Shown here piece by piece: positions 13,554-24,353 of a stretch of 64,000 bases of DNA (position 1 is its first letter; every line of letters starts with the position of its first letter). The notes below the pieces were generated by a model that saw only the letters and a program-made list of their open reading frames with translations, was not told where the DNA came from and ran no database searches. Both the position numbers and the translations under genes were made by a program. Source of the DNA: Syncephalis fuscata S228 (lineage: Eukaryota; Fungi; Zoopagomycota). The stretch covers positions 620,001-684,000 of the forward strand of contig JAHLTZ010000001.1 in the NCBI GenBank assembly GCA_025786725.1, written 5' to 3'.

Positions 13554-15335
13554 TCATCGTACAATGTTCTCCTGTGCCGTTGCTACTGCTTCGAGTGCCA
13601 ATGCAACATCGTCAAGTTCGACAAGTTTAGGTGGTCGTGCTAATAGTCGTTCATGAATCACGTTTAGTGCGCGAGTGGCCGCTGCTTGTTCAATAACACA
13701 TGAAATATTAATTTCTGATGCACCTTGGGAAATCATTTCAATGTTAACTTTGGCATCAGCCAATGCGTTAAACATACGACCGGCAATACCGACCAAGTTA
13801 CGCATTTGTCGACCGACCAAACTAAGAATAGCCATATTCTTAATAACATCAATCGTGCCAAAACGACCTAATGCCCGAATAGCGTGTTTAAGTGCCCGCT
13901 CATTTGTATGCGCACCTAATGCCATCGATACGTGTACCTCACTCGTTGAAATAAGATCGACAATAATGCCGTGTGAGTCAAGCGTTGAAAACACTTGGGC
14001 AAAAAAGCCATGCGATACAGATTTGCGATTACTATGAATATTCAACACGATAACGTCATCTTTAATCGTGACCGCAGTAGGATGGCGTCGTGTCATATCA
14101 CCGGCATAGCCATTCTCAATAAGTACACGTGGAGGTGATGTACTGCGTGCTGATTCTGCCGATCCAGGCGAGGATGGTTCCGATGGATGTTCGGACGCCG
14201 CTGCACAGGACTGTTCAAATTCCATATCCCATAAAAAGGCATGGTCAGGAAAAATGACCGTACCATCACCGGCTGGATTTTTAACATTTTTAATTCGAAT
14301 AGGAATACGTGCACGAATGACCTGTTCCATAGTAAATGGGTGAATAACCTCCGAGCCATAATAAGTAAGTTCGGCGGCCTCTTCCGGTGTAATAATCGGC
14401 AATAAACGTGCCTCGGGTACTTTACGTGGATCAGCAGTAAACACACCATCCACCTCCTTCCATACTTGTAGTTCTTTGGCATTTAGTCCAACAGCAATAA
14501 GTGCAGCCGTTAGATCGGTGTAGCCACGGCCAACACTGGTTAGTATGCCGCCAGGTACCATGCCGAAGTAGCCAGTTACTACAGGAATACGATTACCGCA
14601 TTGACGTACTGCTGCCGACATGGCTTGTGCCAAATAGTCGTAGAATGTTTGGTCAAGGTGCTTTACATCGAATGATCGGCGTATAATACGCTCTAGACTA
14701 ACGTATTCTGCGTCAACGCCTGCATCACGTAAAGTAGCCGTGGCCAACTGGCACATAAGCCGTTCACCGGTACCAATGATAATATCACGCGAACGCGGTG
14801 ATACTTCATCGATAACCTCGGCAGCTTCAAGGAACGAGCGTAGTCGTGCACATTCCTTTTCAAGTAGCTTGGCTAGTGCCTCGTAGTCGGCATCATTCTT
14901 TACATGTGTACGTGCTGCTGCGACATGTTCGGCACAAATATTATCCACAATATTGTGATAATCTTCATGCACTACAGGTATCGAAATAGCCGATGCTTCA
15001 GACGGTATTACAGCCTCATTGTTCTCATCTAGCTCATCCGTATTAGGATGTAGACTGGCTACTGCCTCGGCTGCCCGCAACAATCGGCTAGTTGTGCCCT
15101 CACGCTTATTATCAGTGCTGCGCGCTGAACATACCACTATAACACGATAATCATCAAGCAGGGTTCTATTAAATAAAAGACTATTTAGGAAAGACTGTAA
15201 TAAAAACGATAGTCTATACAACACTTACCTAATAATATCGTTCACAATAGTATCAAGGAATTTACCAACACTTGTGCCGCCAAACTTCAGCACTAACCAA
15301 GGTTTGTCGTCTAAATTCTGCTGAAGAGCGACCAT
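13554..15335 (-). CDS. HOM3: Aspartate kinase; exons 15335-15229 and 15165-13554
   Basis: WLVLKFGGTSVGKF in exon 1; GRGYTDLTAAL, KEVDGVFTADPRKVP, ELTYYGSEVIHP; two ACT domains (VDLISTSEVHVS, IEMISQGASEINISCVI). Confidence 0.97.
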
Positions 15336-16087
15336 AGTGTAAAAAAGAACTGAAAAAGAAAAACGAAGGAGAAAGGAGAACAAAGTGGTCGCGTTTGTAC
15401 GCAGAACTGGCTGTGTGTGTGCGTATTATTGTTTTATAAAAACGTGTGTATGCGTACCGCTAATCAACTTAGTCGGCGTTTAAAGCGATATCGTTGGGAA
15501 TTTGTAGGAGAAGAACGGAAATGCTAGGCCGTCGTATTTTCTCGATGGAGAAAGAGAGAGCACACGTAACTGCTGTAGTACTAGAAGAAGTGTGCGTGTA
15601 TGCGTCGACACGTAAGCAGATGGATAATGGTGGTAGCAGTAATGGCAGGGGTCAAAAGTAGTCTGGTAACGATGTAAACTATCGGCGGGAAAGAATAGGC
15701 ATATGGTAGCATAGTGGCATGCAGATGCTATTTAATAAGGCGCCTGTTTATCATGGACATTTATTGTAACGAAGCAGGATAAGAAACGCAAAGTCCAACG
15801 CATCAATCTCATTGGCAGTACAGATCGTCGAAGCAAGAATGAGAGAGAAAGATGGATCTATAAAATCAGTGATAAGAAAGGAACAAATCTCAATAATGAT
15901 TGGACTATTCAATGACGTGCTTGCTTGTTATTTTGCAACTGTGATAATGGTTTTAATATGGTAAAAATATTTTATTGATTCTTTTTCCCTTACACACACA
16001 CACACGCCTTGTCTTCAGATCTTAAAAATATTACATTACATCTAAATGTGTGTACCTACTATAGAACACAAATGTTAGTGTTTAATC

Positions 16088-16241
16088 GTAAATGGAAGAG
16101 TATTATTCCAAAATGATGTGACATAACAAACAAAGGAATCAGGGAAAGAGTTGTCGTCTTGGATGTACTCGGGTGAAACACAGACTTGATAAATCAAGCG
16201 CATCATTTTCACTTGTCGTTGCCACGACATTGACCATTTAC
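16088..16241 (-). ncRNA. Unassigned structured intronic RNA (four-way junction), candidate rRNA guide or chaperone
   Basis: Nested helices GUAAAUGG/CCAUUUAC, UGUCGU-GGCA-ACGACA, GUGAAA..GCUUGAU-UU-AUCAAGU..UUUCAC, GAGUA..UCCAA/UUGGA..UACUC, inside intron 4 of the host. Confidence 0.6.
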
Positions 16242-16384
16242 ACATATTTGTTTATTAAAAATTAACTTACCATGCTTAGATAGATGGGTGTATGGATATG
16301 TATGACAGATCATCTAGTAATAGGAAAATAGCGTTGTTAGCATCATATTTAAACAATAAATAAATGTGAATAAAATCAATTAAT

Positions 16385-16465
16385 GGCTCAGAAAAAGGTA
16401 AGCGGTGAGTTATCTTCATGAAAGCCTCAGTAGCAGAACTGATCATTTGATTAATCATCATGGCC
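16385..16465 (-). ncRNA. snR61: Box C/D snoRNA, snR61/SNORD38 orthologue (25S Am1133, yeast numbering)
   Basis: ggcca-TGATGA..CAGTTCTGCTa-CTGA(D')..TGAAGA(C')..CTGA-gcc. The guide is antisense to conserved LSU GGUAAGCAGAACUGG, and the +5 rule lands on the A of GCAG. Confidence 0.92.
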
Positions 16466-16629
16466 AAAAAAGAAAAGGACAGAAAAATGGATAGATCTAC
16501 TTACCATAATATACTGTATTGGTAACAATACTTGTTGGACCATATAGGTGATACATGATATCTAGATTATACCATATAGTTAGTAAAAAGCCATTTTGAA
16601 CTAAACAAAGGTAAAGAGTAGAGAAAAGT

Positions 16630-16712
16630 GCTCAGATGGTGATGCATGTATTGTGTTTGGTAGAATCATTGTAATCATACAAGTTTCTATGGATATAAAC
16701 AATCATCATAGC
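16630..16712 (-). ncRNA. snR55: Box C/D snoRNA, snR55 orthologue (18S Um1269)
   Basis: gcta-TGATGA..ATGA(D')..TGATTC(C')..CATGCATCACCAt-CTGA-gc. The guide is antisense (one G-U) to conserved SSU UGGUGGUGCAUG, and the +5 position pairs a U. Confidence 0.88.
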
Positions 16713-16856
16713 GAAGAAGAGAAATGGATAAATAAAGATAAATACTTACCAAATGCCAATGGTCAAATAAATGAATAGAAATACAGAAAATGTCCTATAA
16801 ACAAAACTAGTTAGCAATCAGTACAATACTAATGGTATTTTAAAGCAATGATTGAA

Positions 16857-16987
16857 ATGGATCAGAAACGAGGAATTCCATTTGTTTGTATCAACAACAA
16901 GTTAGTCTACAGATCTGACCATGACACCGTAGTGAGCATGAGCAGGGATCGTGATTCAGGCATCAGGTGATACATTCATCATCCCAT
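16857..16987 (-). ncRNA. snR57: Box C/D snoRNA, snR57 orthologue (18S Gm1572)
   Basis: atggga-TGATGA...GGAATTCCTCGTTt-CTGA-tccat. The 13-nt guide is perfectly antisense to conserved SSU AACGAGGAAUUCC, and the +5 position pairs the G of AACG. Confidence 0.92.
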
Positions 16988-17573
16988 AGATAGAATGGCC
17001 AATGGTGGCAATAAGCGTACTTACAAGAACACGAATGACTGCAGCAGTACTCGTAATGTATGGATCAATAACATACAAGAGAAAAAAGTGGAGAGAAAAG
17101 AAGAATAGGCGGTGATGATGGGCATAAGCTGCACCATGATGGGCGGTTATTTATGGTCTATTTTTTCATTTTTTCATAAACAGGGGATAGATGGAAAGTC
17201 TATAAACTACAATTTATAGACAAGTAGCCAGTTACACAATTGTGAGAAGGGTTTTACTAAAATGTTAATATTAAAACTATTAGAGGCAAATGTTGTGATA
17301 GCTTTTATAGTTTTTAAATCTATGTCGTGTATATTGTCATTGCTTCATATGCTAACTAGAAAGCAAAGCAAAGCAAAATCTATTTATTGGCAATGTCTAC
17401 CTGAATGTCATTTTATATTGACATATCAATAAAAGAAAAGCCGACAAGTAATGTGTTATTAATTGTATGAATAAATATGCCGTATTGCTATGTGTTAGTA
17501 GTTACTAAATAATATTTATTAATACGAAATGACAAGTAAATAAACAACATACTAAATAATGAATAAAAGCGGC

Positions 17574-19504
17574 TTATTTGCTTACATAAACTGCATCCAA
17601 GTGCTTACGAGCTGTTGCAGCTGCTTCCGATAATAACATACGTGCTGCAACATATGTGTCCGGCCGGATAAGATATACGGCATGTTGGCCTAATTTTGTA
17701 CATTTGTACATATCAGCCATGGTTAAGTTGTCGTATTGTTTTCCTTGGTTAAGGTCAACAAGTACTGGCACATTGTTAAATTGCTTATTTAACTGTTTGG
17801 CTAGCGATGTTGCTTGAGTTGGTAATTCAGGCTCATTAGTATTGTGCTTCAAACCGTAAATCACAAATATTGGTTTAACTGGCGATTGATATGCCTCGAA
17901 TGTAACCATTAAGTCGGTCAGCTGACTAATGACATCTGCTGGTAGATGTGACGTGTTTGCTTCCGTTTTACTATTACTAACAGCGGCTTTACGACCATCA
18001 ATGAATATGATGCCTTTATACGACGTGTTGTTATCTTCGTAAAAATTGCGAACCCGTGTGCTGGTACGATTGTTTACATCTACGGCCTTACAATCAACAG
18101 CACGTGAGCCTGGTAGACATATAGAATCGGCACTCCATAAGAAGGAAAACCATGGCGAAGTAGCTTTGGTCCATGCTGGCGTATCAGCAAATATACCGCC
18201 GTGATTTGATACCGGATATTGAATACTTAGCTGTGCAGTTTTTTCCATTTGTGGGCGTGTAAGAAATATGGGTAGATAGCCCATTAGTGGCATTAATCGT
18301 GAAAATAAATTCATCTTTACTGGACTTAGCAGAACAGAAAGAAGATTTCCAGATAGCTTTAGAACACCATCGGCAACAGGTATTCTTTCTGTGGCATACG
18401 ATTTCAATATATCCGATTTAGCATGTCCATTGTAAACCATGCCTAATTTCCAAGCAAGATTCTCTGCGTCTTGCAAACCAGTATTCATTCCTTGTCCACC
18501 CGCCGGGCTGTGTACATGAGCAGCGTCACCACAAATGAATACACGCCCATCGTCGGATATATACTGCGAAGCACGGCGTTCATTAATACTAAACGCCGAG
18601 TATGACAATATATGTGGTTCGCCCAGATCACATGGCTGCACGCGACGTCTAATGACTTCAATTAAGGATTCCGCAGTTACTTCGGGTGATTCTGGACCCC
18701 AAAATGTAAATATACGGAATCTATTGCCAAGATGCGCGCGAGTAATACCAAGAAATCCTTCAGAGTGTTTGACAAAACTAAAATAGAAAATTAATATTGT
18801 GCATCTTGAATATAAAGACCACCTACCCTGCAGTCGGCATCCAGTCGGCATCGATTATTATGTCGCAAACGGCTATACGGTGATCGATAAACTTGCCATC
18901 AAATTTGGCACCAATGGACTTGCGTATTTTACTATGTCCACCATCACAGCCAATGAGGTATGGTGTTTGGCGCGTTATAATTTCATTTGAATCCACATTT
19001 TTCAGTTGAACAGAGAGCTGTTCATTGTCATCGATTACTTCATGTGACACGTATTCCCATCCCCATTTTGTGTAAATGTTTAGTTCGGCAAGTCGTTCAT
19101 GCATGACCTTTTCAGTGGTGTCTTGTCCACATCCTAATATCATAGGATACTCGCTACGAATGGCGCTAACTTGAACGCCTGGTTGATTGATGCCATTTTG
19201 AGAATACGAAATTCAGTAAATGGATTACTAAGCTTCATTAGTCTCTGAGTCAGTCCATAGCGGGAAAGCATTTCTAGGACACGAGAGTGTACGGCAGCAG
19301 CTCGCCATTCGGTGGTTGGTTTGTGATTCCGTTCTAATTAATAAAATGTATATTAGTTTATGATTACACATGGTTTTAATAGCTAACCATAAATTTCCAC
19401 GGAACACCAGCTTCAGCGAGAATAATGGCAGTCAGTAGACCAACGGGACCGGCACCAACAATAATGATGGGCTTCTTTACGGCTGTTTCCTGGTTCACGG
19501 TCAT
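17574..19504 (-). CDS. FAD-dependent monooxygenase (FAD_binding_3, phenol hydroxylase-like), multi-exon with frameshifts
   Basis: IIIVGAGPVGL (GxGxxG), LIGCDGGHSKIRK (DG motif), GDAAHVHSPAGGQGMNTGLQDAENLAWKL (GD motif), C-terminal YLIRPDTYV. Confidence 0.92.
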
Positions 19505-20414
19505 AGTGTCTTGTAGCTTTATGAAAAAAAGGCAGTAGATGATGCAATAAAAGATCCGGTAGGTTTGTTTAAACTAGAAAGCAATTGATGATGAGTTGGA
19601 AATGGCAAAAACGAGCAATAATTGCCACTGTATTTAAAGTAGAACACATAACAACTTTCGTGAATGTTCGAATAAATAATAGCACCAAATTTCCATTAGA
19701 CGGTGTATTAGAGAACACTTGCAGTATGCACCCAGTATATGATGTATGTGTACTGTGTGTGTGTGTGTGTAGATATGCAATGTGACTGTTACTAAACCAA
19801 GCCATTTTAACCGAATCGTGCCTGGTGATTGGAATAAGGCCTATGGCATTCCTTTGGCGTGGCATTCCACGCGAGACTATTTGCAGCTAGTGACTATATT
19901 AGATAGACCCAGTAGCTTTATAATTATTATATATTAAATGCTGGCTGTATAAGGATTTTTAGCATACCAAAAAAGATATATTTAAAATACTTTAATTAAA
20001 CATCTACGTCAAGTAGAAATAGAATTACAAAAAATGGCACACAGCTTTTTCTCTATGATGATTCGGATAAATTTGTCCGTTTGCGCGTAGAGGGCCATAT
20101 TACAACATCCAAAGGTAAGCAGAGCTCACTTAACCGTATGTGACTATTCCAAGGACAACTGCTGACTAAATCAAAAGCCATTTGTCTGTATTCGGCTCAA
20201 TTCAAATATATCCAGTTTACGATAGGCCTTATCCAAGAAAGCGTGCTGGTCTTATGAGCATACAAGAAATAATTCTAGATACAGATACTTTAACTGTGTC
20301 GTTGGCGAGCACTTTTATTTCTTATTTAAAATACAAATATTTTATGCTATTTGAATTCAATATCATTTTTCAAACAATTGTATATTAATCATTTGCAATA
20401 ACTTAAATTGTATC

Positions 20415-21354
20415 ATGGGCTATAACATTATATGGTCTACTAAAGACCATTTATTAGATATCAATCCACTTGGTCAATTGTCATGTCTGGATTTCATGGA
20501 GAAAGCAGAATATTTGCCAGATACCAAGCATCAAATAAGAAGCAACTCACGCAATTGGTAAATAGCATACTGGTAACATGTCTTTTCATAGGAACTACAA
20601 CTTCTGCATTACGGTTATTGTTTAAAAACGCAAGAAATATTGCAAATTGGTGCTGCTTTATACAATCATTTGGCGGAGTCGTTTTAGGCGTTATTTCGAC
20701 GTCTTCATTTCTTACAAGCGCAGCAACATGTCGTTCAACAGTTATTGTGGCAGCTTTTGGTTTAACAACATCAAGTATTTGCGTCACTGTGGTCTTATTG
20801 ATTAAAGCATACGCAGTGCAAATGCACGACCGCCGTTTATTATGGATTGGCGCGGTGTTTATGCCACCACTTTTTGTACCAGTATGGGCTACACTTTTTC
20901 AAAGTGACATATACATGGCAGACTCCGGGTGTACCATAGAATTCCCGCGATACGTTCCAATATTCCGTGCCATAATCGACATTATAATTAACATTCTCTT
21001 CTCTGCTATATTTCTCAAGGCTGTTATCAAACAATACCGTGCTTTTGGAAGTAAATGTTGGAACGACTAAAAGCTGATGGAATATTCTATTCAATTGGTG
21101 TAATAGCATCCAACATTATCTCCTCTCTATTGCTAGTTTTCGAAATATTTGGACCAATCACTCAAATGGTTTTTCTTGGCGATTGTAAGTATTTGCACAA
21201 ATAGTAAAAAACAGTAAATTGTTTACATTAATGTTTAATAGGGATTTTAACATCAATGCTTTTAATTCGACAAAATGCAAGTCTAAGCACAGCGTTTACT
21301 GATAATCATCCAAAAACACGCCAATATTCTATAATGGACCAATCGACTGAATAG
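20415..21354 (+). CDS. Orphan 7TM protein, copy 2 (two apparent 1-nt deletions near 20550 and 21060)
   Basis: Paralogue of 4110-5037: INPLGQLS, IANWCCFIQ, KAY..HDRRLLWIG, GSKCW(E)RLKADG. Same terminal intron position (gtaagt at 21185). Confidence 0.7.
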
Positions 21355-22130
21355 TTGTTTTTATCATTTTATTTAAAAACATCAACTGCATAATAAGCGA
21401 ATGCTTAAAATGACGCTATCGGCACAATAATAGGGCCATTATCTTGCCGTATTTAGTACAAGTTATGCATAGACCCAACAATCAAACCTTTGCTGATTAG
21501 AACATTAATATATTTGATTTATACGCATTCTTGATATGGGAAAACAACTATCATTTAAATTTTTAAGCTTATTATAACTAGTATGACTTTACTACCACAA
21601 TTTAGTAAAACATTGGCTTGAGAATAGAAATGATTTTTATTAAATTTTATTTACACAGCTGCGTTGCCTTTTTAAATGGGCTATAAACAAGTATTAATAA
21701 AGTTAATAAGTTGCTTTATTGTTATTGTTAGTTATACGGAGTAAACGTAGTTTAATTTAAAACTTTGTAATAATCAATAGTAAAATTTTAATCTCAATAG
21801 CATTTTTTTGAATAAGATTAGTGATCCTGGGTACGCCAAGCTTTTTAAGATTACAGCCCAAGAGGTACGCGCAACCAAGATGAAGCTCGCACACTTTTAA
21901 GATACCGATAAATTGACTTGGTATACCAAGCTTTATTGCTTGAAGTTTATTGGATTAATACTTTATTTTAATAATATATAAATAATATTAAAATCTATAA
22001 TTTTACAGCTAATTATTTTTTGCTACTAAACCTTTTCATTGAACTGTAGCGCTAGGTAAACTTAGTTTAACTGTATAGTTTAGTATATTGTACTTTTGAT
22101 TAACAAATCAAGGGTTTATATTTTGAAATA

Positions 22131-24099
22131 ATGCAGCATACCATTTTTCGTTTACTTGATCAAACTGCATCACTGGCATTAACCAAAGAAGAGCGGAATA
22201 CAATTGCCAGGAAATTCTACAATATTCAAAAGCCTTCAAAAAAGTATAGTACGCCATTTAGTTAATATTTTGGCTAATTTATTTCTACTTGCTATTAAAT
22301 AGCTATGAAGAGCTTTACATGAAATCCAGTAAAGCTTTACAAGACTATGAACATGACATAGTATCGCCTGCATGCTTGCATCATGGAAAAACTTGTGTAC
22401 AAAATACAGTTCGTGGATTTTTACGAGTACTAATTGCTGGCTATGGCGTCAAGGCATTGGGAATACTTCCTGCATTAATTATGGGAGACTCAAAAAAAAG
22501 GTGAATAATCATTAAGCTAAAGCATTGTAACTTCTTAACGTGTACTGCCAATTGTTAGATGGTCGGCTTTAAACAGTCTTTTAACAAGCGATACCAAGCA
22601 ATTTGCTCTTTTTTTAGCAACAACTTCTGGATTGTACAAAGGATCTTTATGTTTTCTACGACATATTCGCTCCAGTAAGGCCGGCAATGAAAAAGAAGAG
22701 CGTCAAAATTCGTTTATTGCCGGAACTATTGCTAGTTTAGCACTACTGTTGGATCATAACAGAAATAGACGTATTAGCACGTCATTATTGTTGTTTACAC
22801 GTGGCATGCAATGTTTTTGCGCATGGCTCTTTACTTGTTGGTCCAATCGTCGTAAGGAATGGCAAAGAAAACTGGTAGACATTTGATGCTATATTACAAT
22901 TTAGTTAATATTAATATGGTGTTTACAAAAGCAGGAACAAGATAGAATATCTGCATCAGATGCTACAGCAATACGTCGATGGGCATTATTTGATAAAATA
23001 ATGCGTAAATGTGCAGGCACTGCAGTTATGGTGGTGGCCAGCATAGTGATTAATTATGGATTCTTTTCTGAACACAAGATACTGCCGGTTAGTAGACCAT
23101 TATTTGCTATTTGCTAAATCCCACTAAATATACATGATAGCAATCTTATCTCGGTTTTATGCTGACCCATAGCGGCATGCGTAGCCGTCATGGTAAAAAT
23201 GCCGTCACCATGACAAACTATATGAACGATGTTAGAAAACGAGTCACTGGCGCGGCTGGCACTGTCAATTCACGACTCCCTACAAGAATACCCGTGGGTA
23301 GTTCAACCAGTGATTTTGTCCAGCAACACATATCATCTAATGTGGCCAGATTGTATCAACCTGATAAGCAGCACGCATTTACTTTATGTGCACTTGAACA
23401 TAGCAATACGGATAGTTGTACTGTAGGCTTTCTAAACACACTGCTAAGAGAACTACCATTAAGTGCAAAGTTATACCTTCCGCTTAACGTGGTCAGTAAA
23501 TATACACATATAATATAATAGAGTGATTTTAATCGACGCTTTCTAGATTGCTGTTCTACTTTATTCTTACAAAAAGATTTGGCAAAGGTATGTACTTTAT
23601 TATAAATAGCAACAATGCTTAATTTCCGCTATTATAGTCCACTGGAAGTGTTTTATCGTATTGCTAAGGGCACTGCACGTAGTAGTCTATTTCTTTCGGC
23701 CTATGTGTGTGTAGGCACGTCAGTCCCTTGTGTTCTACGCCAACTGTGCCAACGTGAGCACATGTGGTTGTAAGTAATATAGTAGTTTCAACTATATCAC
23801 AATAGCTAATCTAAACACAATGTTACAAGCCATATGGTATCCGGAGCACTGGCTGGTCTCTGCACCTTTATTGATGCACCATCTCGTCAAATAGAGTTGG
23901 GCATGTATTGCATAACACGAGCAATTAAGACAGCATGGAACTGTGGTGTTCAATGGCACTTATGGCGCGGTATCGCGCGTGGTGAACTTTTTACTATAGT
24001 CTTGGTATGGGCGCATTTATGTCAGTTTATCAAACATCGCCTGGCAGTATTCAAAGCAGCTATCGCTCTGTCACAAAGCATCTATTAGGCAATAATTAA
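22131..24099 (+). CDS. TMEM135: TMEM135-like peroxisomal membrane protein (Tim17/PMP24 superfamily), multi-exon
   Basis: CLHHGKTC; NSFIAGTIASLALL..RRISTSLLLFTR; CALEHSNTDSC..KLYLPLN; RSSLFLSAYV; PSRQIELGMYCITRAI. Confidence 0.75.
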
Positions 24100-24353
24100 G
24101 CCGGCTATTGTGACCATTGGTGATATATAGTAATCCAATAAAATTCTATGTTTAATTAAAGCACTTTACCATTGCTATAGCTTATATAATTAGAATCCAT
24201 TTTATTTGTTAGTAATAAAAGTCATCGGGGAACTAAAGTTTGAAGAAAAATGTGCAACTCAATAAACTTATGCTCATAGTGTGTTTTCTGCTTATAAACT
24301 TCAAACAATTAAGCAATTAAACAAACTATGCTCAATAAGAAATTAATAGTGGA

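Larger units (their letters stand above)
16000..17140 (-). ncRNA. Spliced non-coding snoRNA host transcript (ends approximate); introns 17024-16795, 16749-16562, 16504-16314, 16270-16059
   Basis: Four gtaagt donors, CTAAC branch points and yAG acceptors separate 43-57 nt internal exons with no ATG-initiated, recognisable ORF. The introns are about 190-230 nt, roughly 3x typical here, and each holds a structured RNA. Confidence 0.8.

Noticed and set aside
13675-14686. Antisense and alternate-frame ORFs over HOM3, and similar ones over VAM7, malic enzyme, HRD3 and ACC1
   Set aside because: Shadows of real coding sequence with no protein-family motifs.
16276-16467. 63-aa ORF on the minus strand
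   Set aside because: Runs through the snR61 snoRNA and intron 3 of the host gene; spurious.
20050-20170. TGATGA (20056) ... CTGA (20162) as another box C/D snoRNA
   Set aside because: No convincing terminal stem, no recognisable rRNA guide and not in an evident intron; reads more like a decayed coding fragment.
21825-21940. Short imperfect repeats (ggta..ccaagcttt, ttttaagat) as a mobile-element end or CRISPR-like array
   Set aside because: Only two short degenerate copies; no TIR pair, target-site duplication or regular spacing.
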